A stretch of DNA of 64,000 nt, from assembly GCF_009914755.1 (NCBI RefSeq), contig NC_060927.1, one strand, 5' to 3'. The translations under genes and the position numbers were made by a program. The notes beneath the pieces are model-generated. The model was not told the origin of the DNA. It did not search any database and was given only the letters and a program-made list of their open reading frames with translations. Shown here piece after piece: positions 28,844 to 44,522 of the stretch. Source of the DNA: the human T2T-CHM13v2.0 reference genome, Homo sapiens. How positions within the stretch are numbered: the first letter of the stretch is position 1; each line of letters begins with the position of its first letter.

Positions 28844-30287
28844 TAAAAGATAGAGTTCAAGGAGGCTAGGTTTACTTACAGAAGCAATTATCTGAACAGT
28901 CGAGGCAATTAAGATGTCATCTGAACTAAGACCTAAATCATAGATGAAATTGTGGGCAAGTTGTTCATTGGGGGGAGGGGCACAGAAAGAGGTAGCAGAT
29001 GTGGTATTTGTGTATTTGTATTTCACAAAGAAAGTGAGGTGAATAATACAGTGGGGAACATGTTACAATCTATTACTTGTGAGAACACAAACATTTAAAC
29101 AATGTATATGACTCCAAGAATATATAGAACATTATTTAACAATGGTTGAATTTTGATAGTAGGACTGCATATAATTTTTTTTCTTTGTGCTTTTCTACTT
29201 TTCAGACTGCAGTTTGGAATAAGTAGAAAATAGAATTATTTATTACATGAAAAAATGCCAAAATCTATCAAAAAAGGGGAGGGTGTCACAATTAATGTTG
29301 AGTTTTAGAAATATTAATTCTTAAGCTCATTTAGTTTTGAATTGTTTGAAGACTGACGGTGCATTGGTCAACAACAGTTCTTAATTTCACGCCCACAAAT
29401 TCAAGGGTAGAATTCACTCAGACCATTGCAGCTCTAGGCTTCATGCCACTTACTGTTTTTACAGGTTGCCTAAGATCAATGTATGTGTCAGGGAACTTGT
29501 TATCACACTTTTTTATCACTTTAGGAAACTAGATTTTTAGTACACAGTTTTATCAAGGAGAGCCCAAAATTCAAAGAACATAATGGCATGAACCTAACAA
29601 AACCATCAAAACCTGATAAATTCAAGCAGATTATGTAAGTGGTGGGGCTGCATCAAAAACTAGGAAGAGTTTGAGCATTCGTTTACATGAGGGAAAAATT
29701 GATTTTATTTGTGTAAAACTAAACAGGACTAAATGTGAACATACCAGCCTCCATCCATTTGAACTGACAAAGTGAAAACAAAATGCCTTTAAAAATTAAT
29801 TGAGGTATTTTAAAGACTATGCCCAGTTTAGACTCAAGAGGAGTTAACAATCTTCTCTCTTCTGTCACTCCTGAAAAATATTTTTTAAAAAGCCCTCCAG
29901 TGTATCTTAGGCTGTTATAGACACTATTATTTTATCAATTAACCTAAACAGGCTTATAATCAGAATTTAGAAAATAAATTATTAGCATCCTTCCTCCCCA
30001 GCCGACTTTAATCTTCTCAACAGTCTTCTTTTTCCTTTAGTTTTAGGTGGTACTCATTAGCTTTTAAGGGCTAGGGAGTTTGGGAAAGCAGAAAGAGAAG
30101 GATTTAGATCCCTCAGAAAATAAAATTGAAGACTATTTTATGGACATCACAGAAATATTTTGTCAGGTTAATCTTTATTATTTCTTTCAGGTATTGTTTG
30201 TTTTGCTACTAGAGCTTCTTTTTATAGTTCCAAGATGAAATATGATTTGTATGTATTTCTTTTACAAAATGTCTAAGTATGCATTAG

Positions 30288-30343
30288 TATTTTGTTGGTC
30301 CAAATGTAATTGCGGCTTTTTGCCATTAAAGTGGCAAAAACAC
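30288..30343. mobile_element. MADE1 (Hsmar1-derived MITE), partial
   Basis: ttggtccaaatgtaattgcggctttttgccattaaagtggcaaaaac matches the left MADE1 TIR and part of the right TIR. Confidence 0.8.
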
Positions 30344-30363
30344 TAATCTGATAGATTAGACAG

Positions 30364-30426
30364 ATATATATATGTATATATATACATATATATATACATA
30401 CATATATACACACATATATATATATA
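30364..30426. repeat. (TA/CA)n microsatellite
   Basis: atatatatatgtatatatatacatata... tract. Confidence 0.9.
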
Positions 30427-30539
30427 ACCCTGCTGTTTGACATATAGGATTTAATTATTTCAAATTTTGGAGTGGGCTGAACAATTAACATCACTATGCT
30501 AAAGAAAGACTCATGATAATTTCAAGAACCATGCTAATG

Positions 30540-31440
30540 TATGAACAGAAAAAAAAATCAATGGAAGAAATAGTGTCTGAAAACAATCTAGGTAACTTTC
30601 AGGGTCTTAATAGCATTTTAAGAAAGCAAGAAAATGGCAAATTATTCAATAAATAGTTTGGGGACAATTGGTTATCCACTTGGAAAAATAATAATATAAC
30701 CTTTACAAAAACAACCTCCAGCTAAATAAATATTTAAACCTATTTTTTGAACTGTGAATGTTCTAAAAGAAAATATACTAAAATAATTTTTAAATCTTAT
30801 TATAGGAAAAATCATTAAAAACTTTGCCAAAAAATGTAAAAAACATGAAGGAAAACTCTAATTCCTGACTTTATAAAATTTTATTTTTTATCTTTGTAAA
30901 TTGAAAGACACCATAACCAAAAATATGTGGTTTATATATCAATACATTGGAATAAAATATTTTGCATACTTATCTCAAAGGGCTAATATTCTTAATACAT
31001 AAATGCTTCTTAAAATCAATAGTGAGAAAAGCAAACAACCCAATTAAAAATGGTCCCAGAAGAGAGAAAAGTAGGTGTTAAACTCATATAAAGATATTTA
31101 ATGCCACTCATCAAAGAACTCTTGTTAAAATAGAGCTTCTAAAAATATAGAAGCTTAATAACAGAGTATTGGCAAGGATGTAGAGAAATAAGCAATGTAA
31201 TCAAGTATTGGTATAAGTATAAATTGAAATAGACCTTAGGAAGACATTATGACACTATCAATATGTTAAATCCACATTCTCAACTACCCAGTAATCTCAC
31301 CAGGGAGATTCTATGTTATAGAAATACAGGCATGAGTGTGCAAACATATCTATAAAAGAATGATGATTAGATCTTGTTTAAAATAGCAGAAAAAGTACTA
31401 ATTTATATATTAATAAGACACTAGAAAAATGAATTATATT
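30540..31440 (+). mobile_element. Ancient L1ME-type ORF2/3' fragment
   Basis: ttcaataaatagtttggggacaattggttatccacttggaaaaa; aacaacccaattaaaaatgg; ttggcaaggatgtagagaaa. Confidence 0.65.
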
Positions 31441-31663
31441 GTATCTATGTGTTTCAGTCATCTATTACTGTCTAATAACACTCCAAAACTTATGGCTTAA
31501 CACAACAATTCTGTGGGTTGGGAATATAGACAGTTCTTCCTTTCTATGTAGTATTGACTATGGCCAATCGCATGCCACAACAGCTGGTGACTGGCCCATG
31601 CTGGAATTTCCAAAAGCCTTCACTCATTCATGTCTGGTGCCTCAATGCTTCTCCACATGACCT

Positions 31664-32031
31664 TGTATTAGGCCATTCTTTGCACTGCTATAAACAAATA
31701 CCTAAGACTGGGTAATTTATAAAGAAAATGAATTTAATTGGCTCATGGTTCTGCAAGTTGTACAAGCATGGCATCAGCATTTGCTCAGCTTCTGGGGAGA
31801 CCACAGGAGTTTTACTCATGGCAGATGGTGAAACGGGAGCAGGCACTTCACATGCCACACACTTTTAAACAACTAGATCTTGCAATAATTCACTTACTAT
31901 TGGGAGGACAGCACCAAGCCATGAGACATCTGTCCCCACAGACCCAACACCTCACACCAGGTCCCATCTCCAACATTGGAGATTATATTTTACCATAAGA
32001 TTTGGGTGGAACAAATATCAAAACCATATCA
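31664..32031 (-). mobile_element. MSTB-like MaLR solo LTR nested in an older MLT1 LTR (~31450-32300)
   Basis: tgtattaggccattc...actgggtaatttataaag...aaaccatatca. Confidence 0.85.
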
Positions 32032-33113
32032 GCCTAGTTGAGCTTCCACACATCATCTCACAATAGTCAGACTTCTCACATGGCAGATGACTTTCAAGAG
32101 AGAGCATTCCAAGAAGATAAGCCCTGACATAGAAGTTCTTATCAAGTTTTGCTATCCCATCAGTCAAAGCAAGTAACATGGCCAACCACAGCATCAGTGT
32201 ATGCTGATGCAGCATCAGCATCAGAGCAACCTCAACTACATATAGGCATCATTACCAGGAGGTGTGATTCTTTAGGTATCACTAACATAATAGTCTCCTA
32301 AACATGCAATAGAAAATAGCAGAGCCATTTTTTTAAAGGAGTAAGACATTTGTATATTTTTTGATAAATAGAAACTTGTTCTGGATGTATTTTTAAGTGC
32401 AAAAAGCAAGTTATAGAACAATATTCATAGTCTGATCACATTTGGTTTTTCTAAAAAGCAAAATTACTGCATGTGTATATAATACATATGATATATATAT
32501 ATGTGTATACACATGTATGCATGTGCATGGGTATACACACACAAATAGATATTGAGAGAGAGAGAGAGTGATCAAAAAGGATATGCTCCATATACTCCAA
32601 GCTGGTATTAATGGTGATTACTGGGGATTAGGATTGGAATGAACAAAGGTTTTTTAAAACAATTATTGTTTGACTTGGGTTATAATTTTTATTTTATCTC
32701 TTGTATTCTTTAAATTTAGTACAACTAGCATACGTTATTTCTGTGTTTTTTAAAGAGAAAGTATTCAGAACAATCTTTAGTTCATGCTACAGACCTATAA
32801 GCAGCTGCAATAAATCATGTTGATTGTGGTCTGCCAAAGCAGGGCACTAAAGAAGGGTGACAGGTTAGTAAAATAGTACAGGCTCATCAATTATGACAGG
32901 ACAATCTACCATAATATCTCTTTAAACAGCTTTAAAGCATGAAGAGTTACTTTGATAATTTCTCCCTTTCCTGAAAGTGATTTGTCTTAGGCAAAACCCA
33001 AGTATAATTTTGGTAGTAATTAAAATTTTATTTGTTTTGACACACACACACAAAATCTACTAGATGAACTTTTAATTTCTCTTTCCTTGTCGACTGTGTA
33101 ATAACTAGAATGG

Positions 33114-33330
33114 AATGATGATGGTGATGATGATGATGATGATGTTGATGATGATAATGACAAAAATAGTGCTTACTTACTAAGCATGTCACCTGCACAA
33201 CAACCTGATAGGGTATCTACTACTGTTATGTGCATTTTGCAATCAAGGAAACTGACACTCTATATCATATAGCCAGCATTGTGGAAACTGAGATGTGACC
33301 TCAGGTAGCCCTGGTCCAGAGCTCTTTTTA
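33114..33330 (-). mobile_element. MIR with a (GAT)n-expanded tail
   Basis: (gat)n at 33114-33160; cattttgcaatcaaggaaactga. Confidence 0.65.
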
Positions 33331-34079
33331 TACTGCTTCTCCTGAGAATGATGATAGATGATCTCTGTGTATATACAAATATCCTTAAAGAATCAGGAGT
33401 CCTATTTTTAATACAAATGAAGAAAGAGTAATAAAAGTTTTCGCTATTTAAAATCCATTTCCGATTACCTTTTAGGGTATAACTAGTAGAGGTTAAGCAT
33501 TCATTTATGCCTATGATCTTGGTTTTGGCATCACACTAAGTCAAAGACAACTCAAGTTGTCTAGGCTGCTTCTATAACCACATATAAGTCTCTCTGTGCC
33601 ATAAGAATTCTCTGTGCCAGGCTGAATTCAATCTACCAATATTCTAACACTGAAATTAGAGAGCTCAAACAACAGCTGATTGCACACCGTGAGATCCACT
33701 AAAATCTGACAGCAGGTGCATTCACCAACTTTGACCATAATGATGGCAATAAGGAGACTCTGTTAAAGGGACAAGAGCACAGATATCTGGCACCAGGACC
33801 TGGAAAAAAGCAAGACAGTTTTAAACAAGTACCACATGTGGTGACTCATTAGATGTTGAGAGCTAATAAGAGGCTGAAGATTTTTAGCTTAGCACTGATG
33901 CTGTGGACAGCAGGATATCGTAACATCTAGAAATTGAGAATGAATCAGGAGGTAGTGATAAATCCTGTGCTGATACCTGGTATGTAGAATGGTTATATTT
34001 TCAGGATAAATGCAAAGATGTAAAAATTAAAGAGCATGCTGGAGTGAAGCAAATATACAGCGAGATCTGCACATTTGTG

Positions 34080-35190
34080 GATTCATTCATTCACTAAGCA
34101 AGTACTATTTGATGGTAGCATCCCAGGTTTCAAAACATAGAAGCAGACCAAAAAGACATGGCCCTTTTCTTATGGAGCTGAGAGTTTAACAGAAATGAAA
34201 CAACCAGATAATGATTATAATGTGCAATGGGTGTTATGATACTAGAAATATAGGATATCATGGGACCATTGTCTAGAGAAGTGAAGAAATTCCAATGGAG
34301 GTGTGGGTCCAGGACAAGGACAAGGAAAAATGCATTCATGGAGAAAAAGCCCATAAATGTGGATATCAGCATGTAAGGAGGTCAGAGATGTCAGGAGCTA
34401 GGTCATAAGTGGTGAGAAATGAGGAGATGGAGAGATGGACAGGGGCCAGATGTTGGTGTTCCATGAAAAAGCATCTCTGTTTTTACAGACATGAAAATTA
34501 TTTTAATAGCTACTTTTATTTAGAAGCAGCCAGCAAACCAATATTTATGAAACTACTATGTGCCTCACAGTGAACAAGACAGTCTCTGTCCTCAAGGAGC
34601 TTATCTATTAGTGGAGGGATCCAGACAAAAAAAAAAAAAAAAACTCATAGAAAATACAAATAAATATCTAGCAAGTGTTAAGAAGAAGAAGAAATCAAAT
34701 TCTATGAAGAAGAATGAGTGAAGGGGCACATTTTAGCTCCCGTGGTCAAGAATGACCTCTCTAGTGGAAGAAATATTTGAATTGAGATCTGAACAACTGA
34801 GAAAGAGGGAGGCACGTGAAGGTCTCGAGAGAGCATTCAACGCAGAAGGAACAGCAAGGGCAAACAAAGGGGGGATCAAAGCAAGTGTGTGTTCAAAGCT
34901 CAGAAATTAGGCCAATGTGGCCAAAGACAGTGAATGAAAGGAGGTGTAAGGGAGTTGATGTCAGAGAAATAGCTAAAGGACAGATCAGGTAGAACCTTAA
35001 AGAAAGACCAGCTAAGCATCTCACTTGCCCAAGATTATCCCAGTTACCATTCTTTAGCTCTGTTTAGTTAAGAAAGCCCATGCTTTACTCAGAAGTTTAT
35101 AGGGTATGGCAAAGAGCTTAGACATTGCAGTTCTGATGAAAGTCACTGGAGGGTTTTAAGCAAGACAACAACATGATCTGATTCACACCT
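34080..35190 (-). mobile_element. L2 fragments (two copies); the second continues after the L1 at 38538
   Basis: attcattcattcact tail; ctgtcctcaaggagcttatc; ggagggttttaagcaag...catgatctgattcac. Confidence 0.75.
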
Positions 35191-35207
35191 TAGAAAAGTT
35201 GCTTTGG

Positions 35208-38521
<3,314 letters not shown>

Positions 38522-38829
38522 AGAAAAGTTGCTTTGGCTACAATTTGAAAACGTTCTGTAAGGAGGAAGGACAAGGCTAAGAGCTTACACTTTCATTAAT
38601 TCTGTTTAAGGCCCAGATACCCAAATAACTTTTTTGATTTCTCACAGAACTCCAGAATCTTGGAATTTGGAAATAATTTTGGAGTTTATCTCTATTCTCC
38701 TATATCCTGTAAGAATGCCTCCTACAATAGCTGATGCCTATAACTGGCTTTAATGAAACAGAAATCAGTGTCAGATTTTAAAGAGAAAACTTCCACTGGA
38801 TAAAAAGGCAGGAGACTTAAAATAAAAAG

Positions 38830-38990
38830 AGCACGGTCATTGGAGAAAGACAGAGCCAGATGTGTGTCCTGACTGGTTAGAAGCTTTTTAACCTTAGGCA
38901 AATTTCTTAACCATTCTGAATATTCAATTTGCCATTGTCAAAATCAGGCACACCAAAGGAAACTTTTATATAGTTTCATAATACGGAAAG
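38830..38990 (+). mobile_element. MIR fragment
   Basis: aagagcacgg...accttaggcaaatttcttaacc. Confidence 0.6.
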
Positions 38991-39267
38991 AAGAAAATTA
39001 TTGAAGGTCTCTAGCAATCACTGCAATAATGTTTTGCAGGCCATATGAATTTTTTGTCCTGAAAAATCTAGACAGGGCTGACTGTTGATGAAATATACAT
39101 TCGCATGGTCTCCTTTACTGTTACAACTAGGATAAGGCAACCCAAATCTGTGTGATTTACCACTGGTGCCAAGAGACTAGACCACAATCATCAACACCTC
39201 AAGGGGCCTCCTTTTTCAGAAAAATATACTAGCTCTAGTAAGTCACCATGAAGATATTATAGACACT

Positions 39268-39742
39268 TATATTAGTTTTCTAGAGCTGCCATAACAAAGT
39301 ACCACAAACGAAGTGGCTTAAACAACTAAATTTATTGTCTCATAGTTCTGGAGGCTAGAAGTCTAAGATCAAGGTGTTGGCAGAGTTGGTTCCTTCTGAG
39401 GGCTGTGAGAAAGGATCTGTTCGGTGCCTCTTTCCTAACTCCTGGTGGTTTGCATCTTTGGCATCCATTGGCTTATACATGCATTGCCCCAATCTTTGTT
39501 TTCATGTTCACATGATGTTCTCCCTGTGTTTGTGTCTGTCTCTTCAAACGGAATTATTTTCGAATGGACACCAATCATATTGAATTATGGGCCCACTTTA
39601 CTCGGTATGACCTCATTTTACCTTAATAAATTACATCTGCAATGACCCTATTCCCAAATAAGGTTACATCTTATTTGGAAGTACTGGGAGTTAGGACTTC
39701 AATATATGAATTAGGGGGCAGGAGAAAATTCAATCCATAACA
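39268..39742 (-). mobile_element. MLT1C-like MaLR LTR
   Basis: tattagttttctagagctgccataacaaagtaccacaaa...tacatctgcaatgaccctattcccaaataagg...caatccataaca. Confidence 0.85.
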
Positions 39743-41051
39743 ATGCTGAAATAAATCATCTTTATTTTACGTTAGTTGATGTCCCCTAACCCCCAAAAAA
39801 CATTCTGTTTAAACTTTTCTAGTGAAGAAAAAAACATTTTTAGAATTACTTAGGACATTCTGTTTTAAAAATATTTTCTAAAAGCATCTACCTTGTTAAA
39901 AAATATATATACAACATTATAAAAAGGAATTAAAAATGGAGATGAATTTGATGCAGACCTCCCCACAGGGCTACCACTGCCACCACTTGTTCTCAACATT
40001 GACATTTGAATCTCAAGGGCAATCACAAACATGGAACTCATTCTGAAAATCTCTGTTGCCCTGTTGGAACAACTGTTCGTGTTTATAAGGCACATGGTAT
40101 GATGAAGATTATATTTATTTTATATTAGTCTGGGGGCTGGCATTGTTGTTCTAAAAGTCTGAAGATGAAATTACAAATTTAAATAGTTCCTCTTTGTAGC
40201 AAAGCCTGCTGTTTGCTATAGCAGATGCTGACAGTGTTCTGCCCATATCCTATAGGCACTCATTCTACTGAAAGCACCTGTGAGTCTCTGCCAGAAGGCT
40301 TTCTTTAAGCCTGTGTGTAGCGCAGACTAGAAGTGCTGGGGGTTAACACCACTGGGAGCACCCCTCAGCCAATGCTAGATGGGAGTTGGCAGATAAATGC
40401 TCCATTTTCTTTGCAACTTGGTTGGAAAATGTCTGCACTGACTTCCAGCAACTCTAAGAAATGTCTACCCTGACTTGCAGTGTTCCCAGCTGCATTAAGC
40501 TTCCGTTGCCCATTCTTGCAACTTGATTTATAATGTACCTTTTTTTAGCCGCCTTCCTTTTCTTCTCTCACTTCCCTACATACCCAGAATTTCCTAGTTT
40601 CATCCCCTAAATAAACCACCTATACAGTTGATCCTTGAATAAAACAGGTTTTAACAATGTGGGGTCCACTTATATGCAGACTTTTTTCAATATATTAGAA
40701 AACCTTTTGGAGATTCGAGACAATTTGAAAAAACTTGCAATGAACTGCATGGCCTAGAAATATTGAAAAATTTAAGAAAGTCAGGTATGTCTATTTTATC
40801 ATTTGCTATCATAAAATGAACACAAATCTATTATAAAAATTAAAAGTTATTAAAACATATGCACACAAACACAGATTACACATGGAACTATTCACTGTCA
40901 AGAGAAATGTAAACAAGTGTGATGATGCAATATTAAATCATAACTGCATAAAATTAACTATAGTACATATTGTACTACTTTAAAAATGTTATAGCCACCT
41001 CCTGTTGCTATTATGGTAAGCTCAAGTGTTGTATTTGCTTAAAATTCCATG

Positions 41052-41407
41052 TGTATTAGTCCATTCTCATGCTGCTATGAAGAAATACCTGAAACTGGGT
41101 AATTTATAAAGGAAAGAGGTTAAATTGAGTCTCAGTTCCACATGGATGGGGAGGCCTCAGGAAACTTACAATCATGGTGGAAGGTAAAGGGGAAGCAAGG
41201 CATCTTCTTCACAAGGCAGCAGGAAGGAGAATGAATGCAGGAGAAAATACCAAGCACTTATAAAACCATCAAATCTCATGAGAACTCACTATCACAAGAA
41301 CAGCATGAGGGAAAATGCCCCCATGATCCAATCACTTCTCACCAGATCCCTCCCACGACACGTGGGGATTATGGGAACTACAGTGAGGACACAGCCAAAC
41401 CATATCA
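41052..41407 (-). mobile_element. THE1D-like MaLR solo LTR inside Tigger2
   Basis: tgtattagtccattctcatgctgctatgaagaaatacc...cagccaaaccatatca; catg duplicated on both flanks. Confidence 0.88.
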
Positions 41408-41599
41408 CATGTGAGGCTAATCATTACCGCATGAGCAGTTCATCTCTCCAGTAAATTTCATTTTGCAGTAAAGAGTGATCTCTTGCAGTTCTCACGTATT
41501 TTTCATTGTGTTTAGTGCAATTTCATAAACCTTCAAAAACACCAGGGGACCCATAAAAGCTACCACTAGTGATGTTGGAAGTGCTCCCAACAAACAGAG

Positions 41600-43500
41600 A
41601 AAAGTCATGACATTAACAAGGAAAAGTTGAATTGTTTGATATGTACCATAGATTGAGATCTGCAGCTGTGGTTGCCCGCCATTTTGAGATAAACGAATAT
41701 AGTGTAAAAATCATTGTTTAAAAAAAAAAAAAACAGAAAAGGAAAAGAAATTAGGGAAGCTGTCTCTGCAGCTATGCCAGCAGGTGTGAAAACTTTGCAC
41801 TTTTTGTGTGAAATACTTTATCTCATATTGAAAATGCAGCTTTATATGGGTGAGGATTGCTATTAAAAAGGCATACCTACAGACTCAAACATAATACAAC
41901 AAAACATGGTTGGCTGGGCATGATGGCTCAGGCCTGTAATCCCAGAGCTTTGGGAGGCAGAGGCAGGAAGACCATTTGAGCCCAGGAGTTCATGACCAGC
42001 CTGGCCAGCGACCCCCACCTCTACAAAAATTTTTTAAAATTAGCCAGGTGTAGTGCTGTACACCTGTGGTTCCAGCTAATCAAGAGGCTTAGGTGGGAGG
42101 ATCACTTACGCCTGGGAAGTCAAGGCTGCAGTTAGCTGTGATTATACCACTGTACCCCAGCCTGAGTGACGAAGCGAGACCTTGTCTCAAAAAAAGAAGA
42201 AGAGGAAAAGAGGAGTCATTATATGACAACTTAGAGCAAAAGGAAGGTGAAGGATCTAAAGTGAGAGAATTTAATGCCAGCACAGGATTGTCTGATAATT
42301 TTAGAAAGAGGTTTGTCTTTAAAAATGTCAAGATAGTAGGAGGAGCAGCAGCAGACAAGTTCTATGACTATATGCCATTAAGAAAATTGAGAAAAAAGGA
42401 TATCTGCCTGAAGAGGTTTTTAATGCAGATGAAAGTGCCTTATTCTGGGGGAAAAGTGCCACAAAGGACATTTCTTAGTCAGGAAGAGAAGTGAGCACCA
42501 GAATTTAAGGCAGGAAAGGATAGGCTAACTCTAGTGTTTTGTGCAATTGCAGTCAGGGTTATCATCAGAACTCCCTTATCTATAGAGCTGCTAATCCCAG
42601 AGCCTTGAAGAGAAAAGATAAACACAAGTTGCCAATCTTTTGGTTGTACCAGAAGTAGTCCTGGACAATAAGAACACTTTTTCTGGATTGGTTCTATTGA
42701 TGCTCTGTCCCTGAAGTCTGGAAGTACCTTGACAGTAAGAGACTGCCTTTTAAAGTACTTTTGATATTGAACAATGCCCCTGGTAACCCATAATCCTATG
42801 AGTCAACACCAAGGGAGTTGAAGTGGTCTACTTCTTCCAAAATGCAACATCTGTAAATCAGCCTCTAAATCAGGAAGTCATAAAGATCTTTAAAGTTCAT
42901 TACACAGAGTACTCTATGGAAAGGATTAAGGTCTGCGGTCAGCATTACGAAAGAAAACCCCCCAATATAGAGAACATCCTAAAAGTCTGCAGAGATTAAC
43001 CATTGAAGATGCTATTGTAGTTATAGAAAAAGTTGTGAAAGCCATCAAGTTTGAAACAATAAATTCCTGCTGGAGAAAATTGTGTCTAGATGTTGTGCAT
43101 GTCTTCACAAGATTTGTGACAGAGATACTCAAGGAAATCATGAAAGAGATTCTGGATATGGCCCCCCAAAAATGGTAGGGAGTGAAGGATTTCAAAATAT
43201 GGATCTTGGAGAAATTCAAGAGCTAATAGACACCACATTAGAGGAATTAACAGATGATGACTTGATGGAGATGAGTGCTTCCGAACAAACGCCACATGAT
43301 GTGGAAGAAGATGTAGAAGAAGCAGTGCAGGAAACAAATGGACATTAGGTAATCCAGCAGAAGAGTTCCAATTATTCAAGACTGCTTTCGACTTCTTTTA
43401 CAACATGAACCCCTTCTTTGATACAGGCACTGAAACTAAAGAAAATGGTGGAAAAAAGGTTTGTACCATATAGAAACTTTTAGAGAAATAAAATAGCAGA
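41600..43500 (+). pseudogene. Tigger2 transposase remnant (HTH/CENP-B plus DDE domain), frameshifted and interrupted by an Alu
   Basis: Peptides FNASTGLSDNFRKRF, VFNADESAL (~42416-42442), LLILNNAPG (~42758), QPLNQEVI (~42859), GFQNMDLGEIQELID. Confidence 0.85.
41912..42208 (+). mobile_element. AluJ inside Tigger2
   Basis: AluJ diagnostics (ttgagcccaggagtt, ggaggatcactt, caaggctgcagt). Confidence 0.9.
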
Positions 43501-43999
43501 AAAGTCAGACAGAAATTATGATGTTATATTGAGTATGCCTGCCTCTCCTGTTTCCCATTCCGCTTCCTCTACCTCTTCCACCTCTGCCACTCTTGAGACA
43601 GCAAGAACAACTCCTCCTGCTCCTCCTCTGCCTCAGCCTACTCAGAGATAAGACAATGAGAATGAAGATCTTTATGATGATCCACTTCCACTTAATGAAT
43701 AGAAAATACATTTTATGATTTTCTTAATAACATTCTTTTTTCTCTAGCTTACTTTATTGTAAGAATACAGTATATAATACATGTGATATACAAAATATGT
43801 GTTAACTTACTGTTTAGTCATTGATAAGGCTTCGGGTCAACAGGAGGCTATTAGTTAAGTTTTGGGGAAGTTAAATATTAGGCATGGGTTCTTTTATTGC
43901 AATGGGGGAATTGGCACTCCTAAACCCCTTGTTGTTTGAGGGTCAACTGTACATTGTTTAAGCATTTGCCTCTGGCATAATTCAAACTAAGACCATTAT

Positions 44000-44522
44000 C
44001 TTCTTAACAGCTATTCCCTTCTTCCTTATTTACATGACTTCAATTTTGTGAAGTTCCTATCCTCCTCTGCAGTGCCATAGACTTTAAGAAAGGTTGGCCC
44101 AGTCCCATCTCTGGAAAGCATCCTGAGTGATCTAAATTGATAATGATTTCTTATTTTTCTAGGCATGAGCAGGCAGCTCAGTTATGACCAATGAGAGACA
44201 TGCAGGAAAGTCAGCTATAGGACTCTGGAGACATAGAAAACACCAGTTTATTTTCAGCCTCTGGATTTTGTCATGTCTAGATGAGATGCTAAAACTGTTG
44301 CAGCCATCTTGCAACGATGAAAAGAGGTATTGGGAGGACAGAGCCAACACAGTGGTAGGGGCAGAGCCATGAGAATACCCAAGAAGAGCCGGAGCTCTAG
44401 TTACACTGAACCTGGAGCTGCCCTTTCTTTAGAATTCTTGTTATGTGAAATAACTCTCATGCTTCTGATCAGTCTAGTCAGGGTTTTTTGTTACTTCAGG
44501 CAGTAAGCATCTAATTAATACA
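44000..44522 (+). mobile_element. Old MLT1-type LTR
   Basis: gcagccatcttgcaacgatga...tttttgttactt...catctaattaataca terminus. Confidence 0.6.

Larger units (their letters stand above)
40625..43949 (+). mobile_element. Near full-length Tigger2 (pogo/TcMar) DNA transposon
   Basis: TIRs cagttgatccttgaataa / ttgtttgagggtcaactg with TA on both sides; about 2.65 kb once the two insertions are removed. Confidence 0.92.
40215..43993 (+). mobile_element. LTR16-family (ERVL) solo LTR split by Tigger2 (pieces 40215-40622 and 43952-43993)
   Basis: cccctcagccaatg...gatgggagttgg...aataaaccacc [Tigger2] ...caaactaagac terminus. Confidence 0.7.

Noticed and set aside
29440-30200. Splice-acceptor-like sites (tgtttttacag, tttctttcag)
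   Set aside because: There is no matching donor or coding frame, so I cannot support an exon without transcript data.
32190-32225. Short inverted repeat tgctgatgc-a-gcatcagca
   Set aside because: The arms are only 9 bp, in low-complexity cagcat repeats inside an old LTR, so chance or slippage is likely.
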